From an uncultured Bacillota bacterium (GTDB taxonomy: Bacteria; Bacillota_I; Bacilli_A; RF39; UBA660), in the NCBI GenBank assembly GCA_945867665.1, contig CAMBIR010000002.1, positions 48,039 to 112,038 on the forward strand: 64,000 nucleotides of DNA, read 5' to 3'. This document shows, piece by piece, positions 1-9,198 of this stretch. Position numbers and translations under genes: made by a program. The notes under the pieces are model-generated. The model made no database searches. It saw only the letters and a list, made by a program, of their open reading frames with translations, and had not been told where the DNA came from. Position 1 is the first letter of the stretch. Each line of letters starts with the position of its first letter.

Positions 1-887
1 TTATTATTATTGGTATAATTCTTATCTTTATAGTTACGTATCGTTCGAGTACTGGTAGTGGAGTTTATAAATTTATTAATGAACAAACTACTAAGTTATA
101 TGATAAATATGCTCCTTATTCATATAAGGAGATGCGTAAAAAAATTAAATCGCTTGGTTTAGATTATACTCCTAGACAATATTTTGTTCAAGTTGTTCTT
201 TTTGCGGGGATAGCAGGTGCGATTGGGTATTTATATTTTTATAATTTAATTGTTTCAATTGTCTATGCGGTAATTGCTATTGCTTTTATTCCTTATATTA
301 CTTATTTACGTTCTAAAAGGCAATATAGTGAGTTTATTTTTGAACAAGTACAGGTTTATGTTACGAATACAATAATGGAATTTGCTACTACTCAGGCATT
401 TATTAAGTCATTAGAAGGAGTAGTTGAATCTGGTATTTTAGAGGATCCAGTTTTATCGGATGTTAAAACAATGATTGCTTTATCATATGAAAAAGGTGAA
501 GTAACTGATTCTATTGCTTATATGAATGCTAAATATCCTTATTTTATGGTTAAGAATATGCATCAATTATTTTTACAAGTTACTAAAGAAGGGGCGAAGG
601 ATACAGAAGAGACGTTTGATAATATGCTAACTGATATTGATGCTTTGGTTGAAGGAGTGTATCGTGATAGATTGGATCGTTCAGAGTTCCATAAGCAATT
701 TTTAATTTTTGGTGTTGCTTTGTATGGAATTGTCATGTTGATTCAATTATTGCTAGGGGTTGATTCCTATATTGCTATGCTAGATAATATTATTATTGTT
801 ATTTTGTTGCATGCCTTAGTAATTATTAATACATTATTTCTTCTTAAAGGAGAAAAATATTATAATGAGAATGTGGGGGCTGAATAA
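1..887 (+). CDS. tadB: Tad/Flp pilus inner-membrane platform protein, TadB-like (T2SS-F domain); 5' end probably outside the window
   Basis: The track ORF is 132..887, but the same reading frame is open with no stop back to position 3. That upstream stretch encodes a hydrophobic segment (IIIGIILIFIV), so the ATG at 132 is probably internal. The protein has a helical soluble domain followed by C-terminal TM helices. It is the first of two similar platform-like genes directly upstream of pilin-like genes. Confidence 0.55.
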   Translation, partial: IIIGIILIFIVTYRSSTGSGVYKFINEQTTKLYDKYAPYSYKEMRKKIKSLGLDYTPRQYFVQVVLFAGIAGAIGYLYFYNLIVSIVYAVIAIAFIPYITYLRSKRQYSEFIFEQVQVYVTNTIMEFATTQAFIKSLEGVVESGILEDPVLSDVKTMIALSYEKGEVTDSIAYMNAKYPYFMVKNMHQLFLQVTKEGAKDTEETFDNMLTDIDALVEGVYRDRLDRSEFHKQFLIFGVALYGIVMLIQLLLGVDSYIAMLDNIIIVILLHALVIINTLFLLKGEKYYNENVGAE

Positions 888-1684
888 TGTTTATTGAAAT
901 TTTTATCATCGGAGCAATAATATTATTTATTTTCTTTTATACAGGGAAGATTAATTCTGAAAAATTTGTTAATGACAATAAAGATTTGTTTTACCTTTTA
1001 AAAGAAAATGATTATGATTTTTTGTTATATGCAAAATATGGTGAAAAGGTATATGATCCTAATCAAGTTTTTATGAAAAGAATTCGAAATGGTGTTTTAG
1101 TTACAGTTTTACTTATTTGTGTATTTATTTCTGATTTATCATTTGTTAATATTATGCTTGGAATTATTTGCGGCTTTTTAACATTTAAAATGCAATATTT
1201 ACAGTTAAAACGTTTTTATAGGGCACATTTGAATGAGGTTGATTCTTTATTGCCATACTATTTAAAAGGATTGGAAATTTTGATTCAACATTATACTGTT
1301 CCAGTTGCTCTTGCTAGAAGTATTGAGGATGCTCCAGAGGTATTTAAGCCAGGTTTAAAAGCGATGATTGCTAAAATAGAAGCAGGGGATTCCTCAGTTC
1401 AACCTTATATGGATTTTGCTGCAATGTATCCAGTTAGGGATTCTGTTCGAATGATGCGTCTTTTATATCGTTTAGGTTTAGGAGAGCAAGAAAAAAAGCA
1501 TGCACAATTGGTTGCTTTTTCGAAAAGTGTTTCTTCTTTGCAACAAAAAGCTCGGGAACAAAAATATAAAAATAGATTAAGTAAAATGGAAAGTATGACT
1601 ATGGTAATGTTAGTTTGTACTGGTGGTGGGGGAATGATTTTATTAATTGTTTCGATGTTGATGTCGTTCTCTAGTGTAGCATAA
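887..1684 (+). CDS. tadC: Tad/Flp pilus inner-membrane platform protein, TadC-like (T2SS-F domain)
   Basis: TAATG stop/start overlap at 885-889. N-terminal TM, then a helical domain with a T2SS-F-like pattern (LPYYLKGLEILIQ...IEAGDSSVQPYMDFA...LLYRLGLG), then a C-terminal TM. Confidence 0.55.
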   Translation: MFIEIFIIGAIILFIFFYTGKINSEKFVNDNKDLFYLLKENDYDFLLYAKYGEKVYDPNQVFMKRIRNGVLVTVLLICVFISDLSFVNIMLGIICGFLTFKMQYLQLKRFYRAHLNEVDSLLPYYLKGLEILIQHYTVPVALARSIEDAPEVFKPGLKAMIAKIEAGDSSVQPYMDFAAMYPVRDSVRMMRLLYRLGLGEQEKKHAQLVAFSKSVSSLQQKAREQKYKNRLSKMESMTMVMLVCTGGGGMILLIVSMLMSFSSVA

Positions 1685-1715
1685 TATATACGATAATTTA
1701 AGGAGGTGATTTTGA

Positions 1716-1859
1716 ATGAAAGAATCTACAGGTGAATTAAGTATGGTAGTTGTTACTATTTTGGCAATTGCTTTGATTGCTGGTGTTGTTCATTTTTTAG
1801 TTCCTATGGCACAAGACTATGTGGCTGATAAATGGAAAAATATCACGGAGCAAAATTAG
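1716..1859 (+). CDS. 47-aa pilin-like hydrophobic peptide in the flp position of the tad locus (non-canonical: no G-xxxx-EY motif)
   Basis: Not in the ORF track because it is under 60 aa. AGGAGG at 1701-1706 precedes the ATG at 1716. Product: MKESTGELSMVVVTILAIALIAGVVHFLVPMAQDYVADKWKNITEQN. It has a short polar leader ending in Gly, one TM helix and a short tail, and sits between tadC and the pseudopilin-like genes. Confidence 0.4.
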   Translation: MKESTGELSMVVVTILAIALIAGVVHFLVPMAQDYVADKWKNITEQN

Positions 1860-1895
1860 GAAAATTAATGGTTTAAAATGGAGGTGAATTAAGTT

Positions 1896-2342
1896 ATGAG
1901 AGATGCGTTTGGTAGTACATTTATGTTTAAATTGATTATAATTTTTCTTGTTTTTTACGTATCTTTCATGACGATTGCCGTTAGTTATGCGAAGGTATTT
2001 CGAATAAAAAATGAAGTGATTAATATTTTGGAGCAGTATCAGTTTGACTCGAATAATTTATCTGAATGGAATAATATTGTTAATGGAAAAGTTGACCCAT
2101 ATTTATCTAGTTTTGGTTATAAGTACACGAATAATGCGGCAATTAGTAAAATTTGTAATGATAAGCATGGTCGTCTTTCTGATAATGGTGTTTGTATAGT
2201 AAGAAATGACTTGGGAAGAAGTGGACGTTCCGTTTATTATAATGTTATTGTATATTTGGTTATTTCATTTCCTATTTTTTCACAAGATTTTGTAATTCCT
2301 ATTACTGGAGAGACAACAACGATTAATTTTCCTCAAGTTTAA
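1896..2342 (+). CDS. Pseudopilin-like (TadE/TadF-position) membrane-anchored secreted protein, paralog A
   Basis: GGAGGTG RBS. N-terminus MRDAFG-STFMFKLIIIFLVF: short leader ending in Gly, then a hydrophobic helix. Cys pair C-x12-C (CNDKHGRLSDNGVC), like a pilin D-region. Conserved C-terminus IPITGETTTI, shared with the next gene. Confidence 0.4.
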   Translation: MRDAFGSTFMFKLIIIFLVFYVSFMTIAVSYAKVFRIKNEVINILEQYQFDSNNLSEWNNIVNGKVDPYLSSFGYKYTNNAAISKICNDKHGRLSDNGVCIVRNDLGRSGRSVYYNVIVYLVISFPIFSQDFVIPITGETTTINFPQV

Positions 2343-2364
2343 ATAAATTAGGTGGTGGTTTAGC

Positions 2365-2790
2365 ATGAAAGATGCGTTTGGTGGTTCTTTTATTTTACGT
2401 ATAATGCTTGTTTTTTTTGTTGTATTTATATGTTTTATGACTGTCGCAATTAATCTTTCTAAAACATATAGAATAAAAAATAATGTTATTAATATTTTGG
2501 AGCGTTCTAATCCTAATGATTTTAGTAAAGAAGGGGATAGTGGAACTATAAATAGAATAGATAGTTATCTTAATAAAGTTGCCTATAATTATTTTAATAA
2601 TCAAAAAGTTAAAGATAATTGTTCCAAAAACAATGGTATTCTTTCTAGTAATGGTGCATGTATTGTTAAGAAGGAAGGAAACAATAGTGTTTATTATAGA
2701 GTAATTACTTATTTTGTAGTTGATTTTCCATTATTTCGTTTAGGGATACTTATTCCTATTAGTGGGGAGACAAAAACAATTTATTATTAA
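2365..2790 (+). CDS. Pseudopilin-like membrane-anchored secreted protein, paralog B
   Basis: Collinear paralog of 1896..2342 (MKDAFG-GSFILRIMLVFFVVF, YRIKNNVINILE, CSKNNGILSSNGAC, IPISGETKTI). Confidence 0.4.
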   Translation: MKDAFGGSFILRIMLVFFVVFICFMTVAINLSKTYRIKNNVINILERSNPNDFSKEGDSGTINRIDSYLNKVAYNYFNNQKVKDNCSKNNGILSSNGACIVKKEGNNSVYYRVITYFVVDFPLFRLGILIPISGETKTIYY

Positions 2791-2805
2791 AGGAGGAAGC
2801 AGAAG

Positions 2806-3753
2806 ATGAATGTAATCATTTCTAATTTAAATGCTGATAAATTTAGCAATCTTGATATCGATGTTATTAAGTCTGTTAGTGGTGAATTTACAGCGGATGA
2901 GATTGTTCAAATGTTTTCGAATTTTTTCTTTAATCGAATGTTTTTGGATATTACGGCAGTTCAAAATTATTTAGATATTAATAATATTAAAAGACTTTCC
3001 GTAGGGCTAGATGTTAGTAAGATTATTCTTTTACTTTCTCATGATTCAGTGGTTAATAGTAGTAGTTATATTTCTAGTTTGATTAGTATGGGAATTTATA
3101 ATTTTGCTCATGATGAGAATGAGTTAAAATATCTTTATGATAATCCTAATAGTTATAAGGATGTTGCTCATTTACAAGTTATTAATGAACCGGTTATTCC
3201 TACTAATACTTTTGAAGGGGTGGATACTTCAGCTAGAGTAATTGGTTTTAAAAATTTTACTAATCATGCAGGAGCAACTTCTTTGATTTATATGCTACAA
3301 AAACAACTTTCTAAACATTATTACACTGTTTCTTTAGAAGTGAATAAACGAGATTTTATGTTTTATAATGATAAAAATATGGTTTCTTGTAGTGCAAAAG
3401 AAGTTAATAATTTATTGATAAAATATAAAGAGGCTAATGTTATATTGGTTGATTTAAATGATTTAGATAGTTCTTTTTGTCATTCTTTTTGTGACGATGT
3501 TATCTATTTAATGGAATCATCCGTACTTATGATTAATAAACTTGTAATGTTGGATAATCATTGTTTTGAAAAAGTAGCTAATGAAAAGGTTTTGTTGAAT
3601 CGTTCTTTATTAAACCAACATGATATTTTACAACTTGAAAATGAAGCTAATATATCGTTTTATTCGGTGTTACCACCGCTTGATGATAGAATTGATAATT
3701 CAAATGTTCTATTTCCTTTTTTGGAAAAACTAAATTTATATAGAAGAGTTTAA
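2806..3753 (+). CDS. TadZ/CpaE-like protein: receiver-like N-domain plus ParA/MinD-like domain with a degenerate Walker A
   Basis: AGGAGG RBS. The N-terminal ~130 aa alternate beta/alpha like a receiver fold. The segment ARVIGFKNFTNHAGATSLIYMLQKQL lies where CpaE/TadZ proteins carry xKGGxGKT, and it lacks the Lys. Later strand motifs: ANVILVDLNDLD, KVLLNRS, SVLPPLD. The call rests on architecture and context only. Confidence 0.4.
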   Translation: MNVIISNLNADKFSNLDIDVIKSVSGEFTADEIVQMFSNFFFNRMFLDITAVQNYLDINNIKRLSVGLDVSKIILLLSHDSVVNSSSYISSLISMGIYNFAHDENELKYLYDNPNSYKDVAHLQVINEPVIPTNTFEGVDTSARVIGFKNFTNHAGATSLIYMLQKQLSKHYYTVSLEVNKRDFMFYNDKNMVSCSAKEVNNLLIKYKEANVILVDLNDLDSSFCHSFCDDVIYLMESSVLMINKLVMLDNHCFEKVANEKVLLNRSLLNQHDILQLENEANISFYSVLPPLDDRIDNSNVLFPFLEKLNLYRRV

Positions 3754-3859
3754 GAGAGGACTACTGTTATGTAGTTTTTTTTGTTAACTTTCTTGTAGTT
3801 TTGGGATTTATATTATATATTTGATATATAAAGATTAAAGTTTAGGTAGGAGTAGGAGT

Positions 3860-5338
3860 GTGTTTTTTTTGAAAAGGAAGTATCGTTTTTTTGGATTTAT
3901 ATCTATTTTATTTTTGTGTATTGGTCTTACTTATAAGTATTTTCAAACGGATACATTTTATATGATAAAGTTAGGTGATTTTATTTATCATAATGGTATT
4001 GATTTTTTAGATCATTATTGTTGGGTAACTAGATTGCCATATACTTACCCTCACTGGTTGTATGATTTATTTGTTTATTTAGTTTATTCTAGATTTAATT
4101 ATTATGGAATTTATGTTAGTACAATTATTACTTTTATTTTTTTAATTTTTGCTATTTATTATGTTAATTTGAAGCTAAATAAGAATGAATTCTTTTCGAT
4201 TATTGTTTCTATTATTTGTATCTTTCGATTATCAATGTTTGCTGTTGCTAGGGCACAACTTATTAGTTTAATTTGTTTTGTATTAGAATTTTATTTTATT
4301 TATAGAATTATTGAAACAGGAAAGAAAAGATATTCCGTTAGTATTTTTTTTCTTTGTATTTTAATTGCTAATGTTCACGCTACTGTTTGGCCTTTTTTCT
4401 TTATTCTTTTTTTACCTTTTTTTGCTGAACATATTATTTCTTTAGTAGGTAGAAAATATTTTCAACTTTCTTCTTATTTTAAATTAAAAATCGAAGAGAT
4501 TCCTCATATAAAAATGTTATTTTTTACTTTTTTTATTAGTTTATTTTTGGGGATATTCTCACCAAGTAAAATTTGTTATACGTATATTTTTAAAGTGATG
4601 ATGGGAAATAGCCAAAAATTATTATCAGAACATCTACCGCTAACAGTTATAGAGCATCCGTTTTTTCTTGTTTCTATTTTAATTTTATTAATTGTTTTAA
4701 TTTTTACTGATACTAAAATTTATTTGCGTGAGTTATTTATGATTTGTGGTATTACTTTTATGTGTTTGACTTCAGTAAGGCATCTTTCTTTTTTCTATTC
4801 AATTGTAGTAATTATTATTGGGGTTATTTGTGTCAGATGTTTAAATGATAAGGGAGATGTTACTTTTGATACTTTAGGCAGAATGTTATTAGGAAAGAAA
4901 GTTATCTATTGTATTTTATTATTATTGATTGGGATATTTTCTTATTTTCAATTTTTTACTCATTCAAAAGAAGAGTTTATTTTAAAGAAAGATTATCCAG
5001 TTGGTGCTGTTCAATATATTAAAAATAATTTAGATTATCAAAACTTAAAAATTTATAATGGATATGATTATGGCAGTTATTTGTTATTTAATGACATTCC
5101 TGTTTTTATTGATGCAAGATGTGATTTATATTTGAAAGAATTTAATGGAATGAATTACAGTATTTTTGATAAAATGGAGAATATGCCTAGAAATTACGAA
5201 AAGGAATTTAAAAAAATGGGTGTTACTCATGTTTTGGTAAAAAAGAAAGAAATATTATTTCTTATTCTAAGTAAGGATAGTCATTATAAGGTGCTATATA
5301 ATGATAAGTATTTTACTTTATTTGAAAGAGTTAATTAA
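3860..5338 (+). CDS. Polytopic membrane protein, probable GT-C-fold glycosyltransferase
   Basis: About 12 hydrophobic helices followed by a ~110-aa soluble C-terminal domain. First gene of a block of GT-C-like genes. GTG start after AGGAGT repeats; the exact start is uncertain. Confidence 0.4.
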   Translation: MFFLKRKYRFFGFISILFLCIGLTYKYFQTDTFYMIKLGDFIYHNGIDFLDHYCWVTRLPYTYPHWLYDLFVYLVYSRFNYYGIYVSTIITFIFLIFAIYYVNLKLNKNEFFSIIVSIICIFRLSMFAVARAQLISLICFVLEFYFIYRIIETGKKRYSVSIFFLCILIANVHATVWPFFFILFLPFFAEHIISLVGRKYFQLSSYFKLKIEEIPHIKMLFFTFFISLFLGIFSPSKICYTYIFKVMMGNSQKLLSEHLPLTVIEHPFFLVSILILLIVLIFTDTKIYLRELFMICGITFMCLTSVRHLSFFYSIVVIIIGVICVRCLNDKGDVTFDTLGRMLLGKKVIYCILLLLIGIFSYFQFFTHSKEEFILKKDYPVGAVQYIKNNLDYQNLKIYNGYDYGSYLLFNDIPVFIDARCDLYLKEFNGMNYSIFDKMENMPRNYEKEFKKMGVTHVLVKKKEILFLILSKDSHYKVLYNDKYFTLFERVN

Positions 5339-5351
5339 TGAGGAGGTAGTT

Positions 5352-7976
5352 ATGAGTAGGTTGAAACACTTTTTTTGTAGAAAAAAACTTTCTTTATTGG
5401 TTTCTCCATTGATTGTTTTATTGCTATTATTTGTTGTTTTTATAATTAATGATGTTTATCCTTTTGGTAAAAATACTATAATTAATGGGGATTTTGGAAA
5501 GGCCTATTTACCAGTTTATTATTATATGTATGATTTTTTTCAGGGAAAAGTTTCTATTTTTATGAATTATAAAATTGGTTTAGGTAGTGATATGTATGAT
5601 TTGATATCCGTTTATGGAGTTTTATCGCCTTTATCTTGGCTATTAATTCTTACTTCTAGAAGTAACATTCCTTATTTTCTCTCTTATTTATTGATTATTA
5701 AATTATGTTTAATGTCGGTAACATCTTTTTTTCTTTTTGATAAAATTTATAAAAAAGTTTGTTTTTCGTGGAAAGTTTTTTTTAGTGTATTATATGCCTT
5801 GAGTAGTTGGGTTATTGTATACCATACAAATTTTGTGTGGTTAGATAATATTATTTTGTTTCCTATTTTGTTATATGGATTGAAAAAAATTAGCGATAAT
5901 GGAGACTATAAATTGTATGTTTTTATCTTATTTTTATCGACTATTTATTCTTTTTATATTACTTATATGGAGTTATTGTTTGTTTTATTTTTATCGTTTG
6001 GTTATGTTCAGTTTTTGTGTGATAAAAAAGAAAGAAATAAATTTTTGCTTAATTTAAGTCTTGGTACTATTTTAGCATTAGGGTTATCTTTTGGATTTGT
6101 ATTTCCAACTTTATGTAATATTTTGAATTCATCAAGGTTTTCTTCTTCGTTTTCATTAAAAGATATTGTTTTTTGTGATATAACTGATAAGTTGTTTATT
6201 GTTTGTTTTTATGCTTTTCCAATTATTTTATTTTTTATAATGTTAAAAAGTAAATTAACGAATAAAAAAATTAGGAATTTATTTATTTATTTGTTTGTTA
6301 TTATGTTTTCTGGAATTTTATTTAATCAAATTAATTCTATGTGGCATACTGGTAGTTATAATATGTTTCCTTATCGTTATGGGTTTATTTCAATTATGGT
6401 TCTTTATCTTGGGGTTCTTTATTATTTGGAATTCAATTCTAAGTTGCAGTTTCCTATAGAGAAAAATAATTATTTTTACATTGTTTTTGTTTTTTTGCTG
6501 TTATTGTTTGTTTATTTTAAGTATATACCAATTAGTGCTGCTAGTAATCCTAGCATTGGTTTACGTTCTTTAGAACTTATATTTTATATTTTGCTAATTT
6601 TGATTTTGTCTCTTCTTTTGGTCATTAATGTACTTCTTTTAAAAAATCTTTTTTTAAAGAAATATATTCTTTTGTTTTTTTCGATTTTTAGTTGTATTGC
6701 TTTATCTTTAGGATATGTTGGTATTCATTCTCCTAAACTAACGAATGAGAATACAGATTATTCTGCCAAAATTTCTAATGATTTATACTCTTTTTTAAAA
6801 CAAGAAAATCAGTTTTTTCGTTATCGAGATTTTGGTTCTAGTTTAGTTTCTAATTATGGTTTCATGGTGGATAAACCAGTGATTTCTGATTGGCATTTAA
6901 CCAATAAAAATACGATTACTTCTTTGAAAAAATTAGGATATAATGGGGATTCTGGTGGAACTTTGTTTACTGATAATTTGTTGGGAATTCATTGGTATTT
7001 GTCAAGGGAAAAAATAAATAATCCTAATTATGCCTTTATTTCTAATAATAAGTTGTATAATCTTTATGAATTAAAAAATAGTTTATTATTTTCAATTCCT
7101 TATTATTCTTTTGATGAGAAAAATTATAGCAATGATGTTGTTGAATATCAAAATCAAATTTATCAAAATTTATTTCATCAAAAAGGAAGGATTACTGAAA
7201 ATATTGAGGTAAATGGAAAAATAAAAAATAATATTTGTACAGATTCCAATCGTACTTTTACTTTTGATATTGATATTTCTGAGTTAAGTGAGTTATATTT
7301 AAATGTTTCTTCCATTGATTATACTGGTACTGATCAATTCTTTATTGAAAATGATAGTGTTATTTTACATTCTATAAGTGTTAATGATAATTTATTGTAT
7401 AATCCTAATGTTAATGAAGAAAATAATTATCATTTTAATTCTTCTTCTATAAAAGATTTGGGTATTTTTGAAAAGGGAAATGTTAAGGTTTCAATTTCTT
7501 TATATAAAGATACTTGTGTTAAAAATTTGAATTTTTTTAAGATTAATATTAATAAATTCAATGAATTTATCTCTAATTATAAGAAAGAAGATATTGTGGA
7601 TCATGTAGAGGTTGATAAAAATAAATTAAGTTTGCGTGTTAATACCCCGGATAAGGATAGGTTGTTTTTGCCTATAAATTATGTTGATAATTATGTTTGT
7701 TATGTTAATGGTAAAAAAGTAAAATTAGATAAGGTTTTCAATTATTTTATATCAATTCCACTTGTTTCTGGTAAAAATGATATTTCTTTATTATATTACC
7801 CACCATATATCAAAGTTAGTTTGGTTGTTTCTTTTATCTTTTTCGTATTATTTTTTGTTTTAGAAAAATTTAAACAATTTTTAAGTTTTATTCTTGTTAA
7901 GATTTTTATTTCTCTTTATTATATTGTTTTTGTGTTGATGTTTTTTTACATTTATATTTATGGATTTATTAGGTAA
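5352..7976 (+). CDS. yfhO: YfhO-family membrane glycosyltransferase (GT-C)
   Basis: Start moved from 5301 to the ATG at 5352, which follows AGGAGG at 5341-5346 and removes the overlap with the upstream gene. ~870 aa. N-terminal pattern VYPFGKNTIINGDFGKAYLPVYYYMYDFF...GLGSDMYDLISVYGVLSPLSW is typical of YfhO proteins. Many TM helices plus a large extracytoplasmic domain and a C-terminal TM. Confidence 0.65.
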   Translation: MSRLKHFFCRKKLSLLVSPLIVLLLLFVVFIINDVYPFGKNTIINGDFGKAYLPVYYYMYDFFQGKVSIFMNYKIGLGSDMYDLISVYGVLSPLSWLLILTSRSNIPYFLSYLLIIKLCLMSVTSFFLFDKIYKKVCFSWKVFFSVLYALSSWVIVYHTNFVWLDNIILFPILLYGLKKISDNGDYKLYVFILFLSTIYSFYITYMELLFVLFLSFGYVQFLCDKKERNKFLLNLSLGTILALGLSFGFVFPTLCNILNSSRFSSSFSLKDIVFCDITDKLFIVCFYAFPIILFFIMLKSKLTNKKIRNLFIYLFVIMFSGILFNQINSMWHTGSYNMFPYRYGFISIMVLYLGVLYYLEFNSKLQFPIEKNNYFYIVFVFLLLLFVYFKYIPISAASNPSIGLRSLELIFYILLILILSLLLVINVLLLKNLFLKKYILLFFSIFSCIALSLGYVGIHSPKLTNENTDYSAKISNDLYSFLKQENQFFRYRDFGSSLVSNYGFMVDKPVISDWHLTNKNTITSLKKLGYNGDSGGTLFTDNLLGIHWYLSREKINNPNYAFISNNKLYNLYELKNSLLFSIPYYSFDEKNYSNDVVEYQNQIYQNLFHQKGRITENIEVNGKIKNNICTDSNRTFTFDIDISELSELYLNVSSIDYTGTDQFFIENDSVILHSISVNDNLLYNPNVNEENNYHFNSSSIKDLGIFEKGNVKVSISLYKDTCVKNLNFFKININKFNEFISNYKKEDIVDHVEVDKNKLSLRVNTPDKDRLFLPINYVDNYVCYVNGKKVKLDKVFNYFISIPLVSGKNDISLLYYPPYIKVSLVVSFIFFVLFFVLEKFKQFLSFILVKIFISLYYIVFVLMFFYIYIYGFIR

Positions 7977-7995
7977 AACAAAGGTGTGGTTGATT

Positions 7996-9186
7996 ATGTT
8001 TAATTTTATAGAAAATAATTTTTTTCAAGTTATTCGATTTGCTTTGGTGGGTGCTTTTAATTCTTTAAATTCTTTAATTATTTATTATATTTTGCTTCAT
8101 TTTAATATTCATTATTTTTTGGCAAATTTTTTTGCTTATATTTTTTCTTGTGTTGTGGCATATGGTATTCAAAAAGGGTTTGTATTTAAAAGTAATAAGG
8201 GGAGTAAAAAGAGGTATTATGCAGTTTATTTGTCGTCTTTTTTTATTAATATGTTTTGTATTTATTTGTGGGTTGATGTTTTGCATATTTCTAGTAAAAT
8301 TGCGCCATTATTAACTTTATTTTTTACTGTTCCTTATAATTTTTTATTTAGCAAATATTGGACTTTTAAAAGTTGTAATAAAACTTATTCTCATACTTTT
8401 GTTATTTGTGCTTATGGCGAATGTTGTTACTTAGAGGAATGCATTTTATCTTTGTATCATCAAACTGTTTTTTCTAATATTATTATTGTGACTTCAACGG
8501 ATAATTCATTTATTAGATTTTTGGCAAATAAATATAGAATTAAATTATATGTGCGTCGTGGAAAAAGTGATATTCAAGATGATTGGAACTTTGGGTATAG
8601 AAGGGCAAAAACTGATTTAGTGACGATTGTTCATCAAGATGATGTTTATCGCCAAGATTATTTGGAAGAAATTTTAAAATTTTATAAGAATTTTGATAAT
8701 GTTTTATTTGTATGTACGGATTATTGTGTTTTGAAAAATGGAATGATTATGGAAGATTTGAATGGGAAAGTTAAAAAGTTTTTGAAACTATCTTTACGTT
8801 TTTCTTTTCTGAATCAATTAAAGTTTTTTAAAATTTTCTCTTTAGCTTTTGGGAGTAGTATTAATTGCCCATCGGTTACGTATAATAAGTTATTGCTTGG
8901 TAAAAAGGATATTTTTACTTCTGAACTTAAGTTTTCACTGGATTGGGATACTTTTTTAAAATTTGCTAAACAGAAGGGGAGAATTGGATATATTAGTAAA
9001 AATTTAATTTTTTATCGAATTCATAATCATGCAACGACGGTAAAATTTATTAATAGTGATTTGCGAAAAAAAGAAGATATTATTATGTTTTCTAAAATTT
9101 GGCCTAGCTTTGTTGTAAAAATAATTATGAAGTTTTATGTTAAGGCAAATAGTATTTATGATGATGTAAGAGATATTGATGATTAG
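7996..9186 (+). CDS. GtrA-like flippase domain fused to a family-2 glycosyltransferase (CsbB/GtrB-like)
   Basis: Start moved to the ATG at 7996 (AAGGTG at 7981-7986). The N-terminal ~125 aa carry GtrA hallmarks (FQVIRFALVGAFNSLNSLIIYYIL ... LFSKYWTFK). The remainder is GT2 (FVICAYGECCYLEECILSLYHQT, IVHQDDVY). Confidence 0.7.
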   Translation: MFNFIENNFFQVIRFALVGAFNSLNSLIIYYILLHFNIHYFLANFFAYIFSCVVAYGIQKGFVFKSNKGSKKRYYAVYLSSFFINMFCIYLWVDVLHISSKIAPLLTLFFTVPYNFLFSKYWTFKSCNKTYSHTFVICAYGECCYLEECILSLYHQTVFSNIIIVTSTDNSFIRFLANKYRIKLYVRRGKSDIQDDWNFGYRRAKTDLVTIVHQDDVYRQDYLEEILKFYKNFDNVLFVCTDYCVLKNGMIMEDLNGKVKKFLKLSLRFSFLNQLKFFKIFSLAFGSSINCPSVTYNKLLLGKKDIFTSELKFSLDWDTFLKFAKQKGRIGYISKNLIFYRIHNHATTVKFINSDLRKKEDIIMFSKIWPSFVVKIIMKFYVKANSIYDDVRDIDD

Positions 9187-9198
9187 GAGGAAGTAATT

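Noticed and set aside
2395-2604. Short ORFs antisense to, or out of frame within, longer genes. The set includes 2395..2604(-), 8074..8286(-), 8132..8314(+), 10477..10773(-), 16713..16931(-), 18147..18332(-), 18904..19101(+), 19763..20068(-), 20715..20942(-), 20857..21048(+), 24455..24724(+), 28188..28370(-), 30360..30629(-), 32348..32658(-), 35118..36196(-), 36416..36842, 38590..38775, 42509..42757(-), 50509..50998, 51315..51509, 52500..52691(-), 54024..54251(-), 55235..55674(-), 56940..57131, 57912..58094(-) and 60489..60728.
   Set aside because: Each lies entirely inside, or mostly overlaps, a longer ORF with clear family motifs. Their products are low-complexity I/K/N/F-rich strings, as expected from AT-rich DNA. 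None has a convincing RBS.
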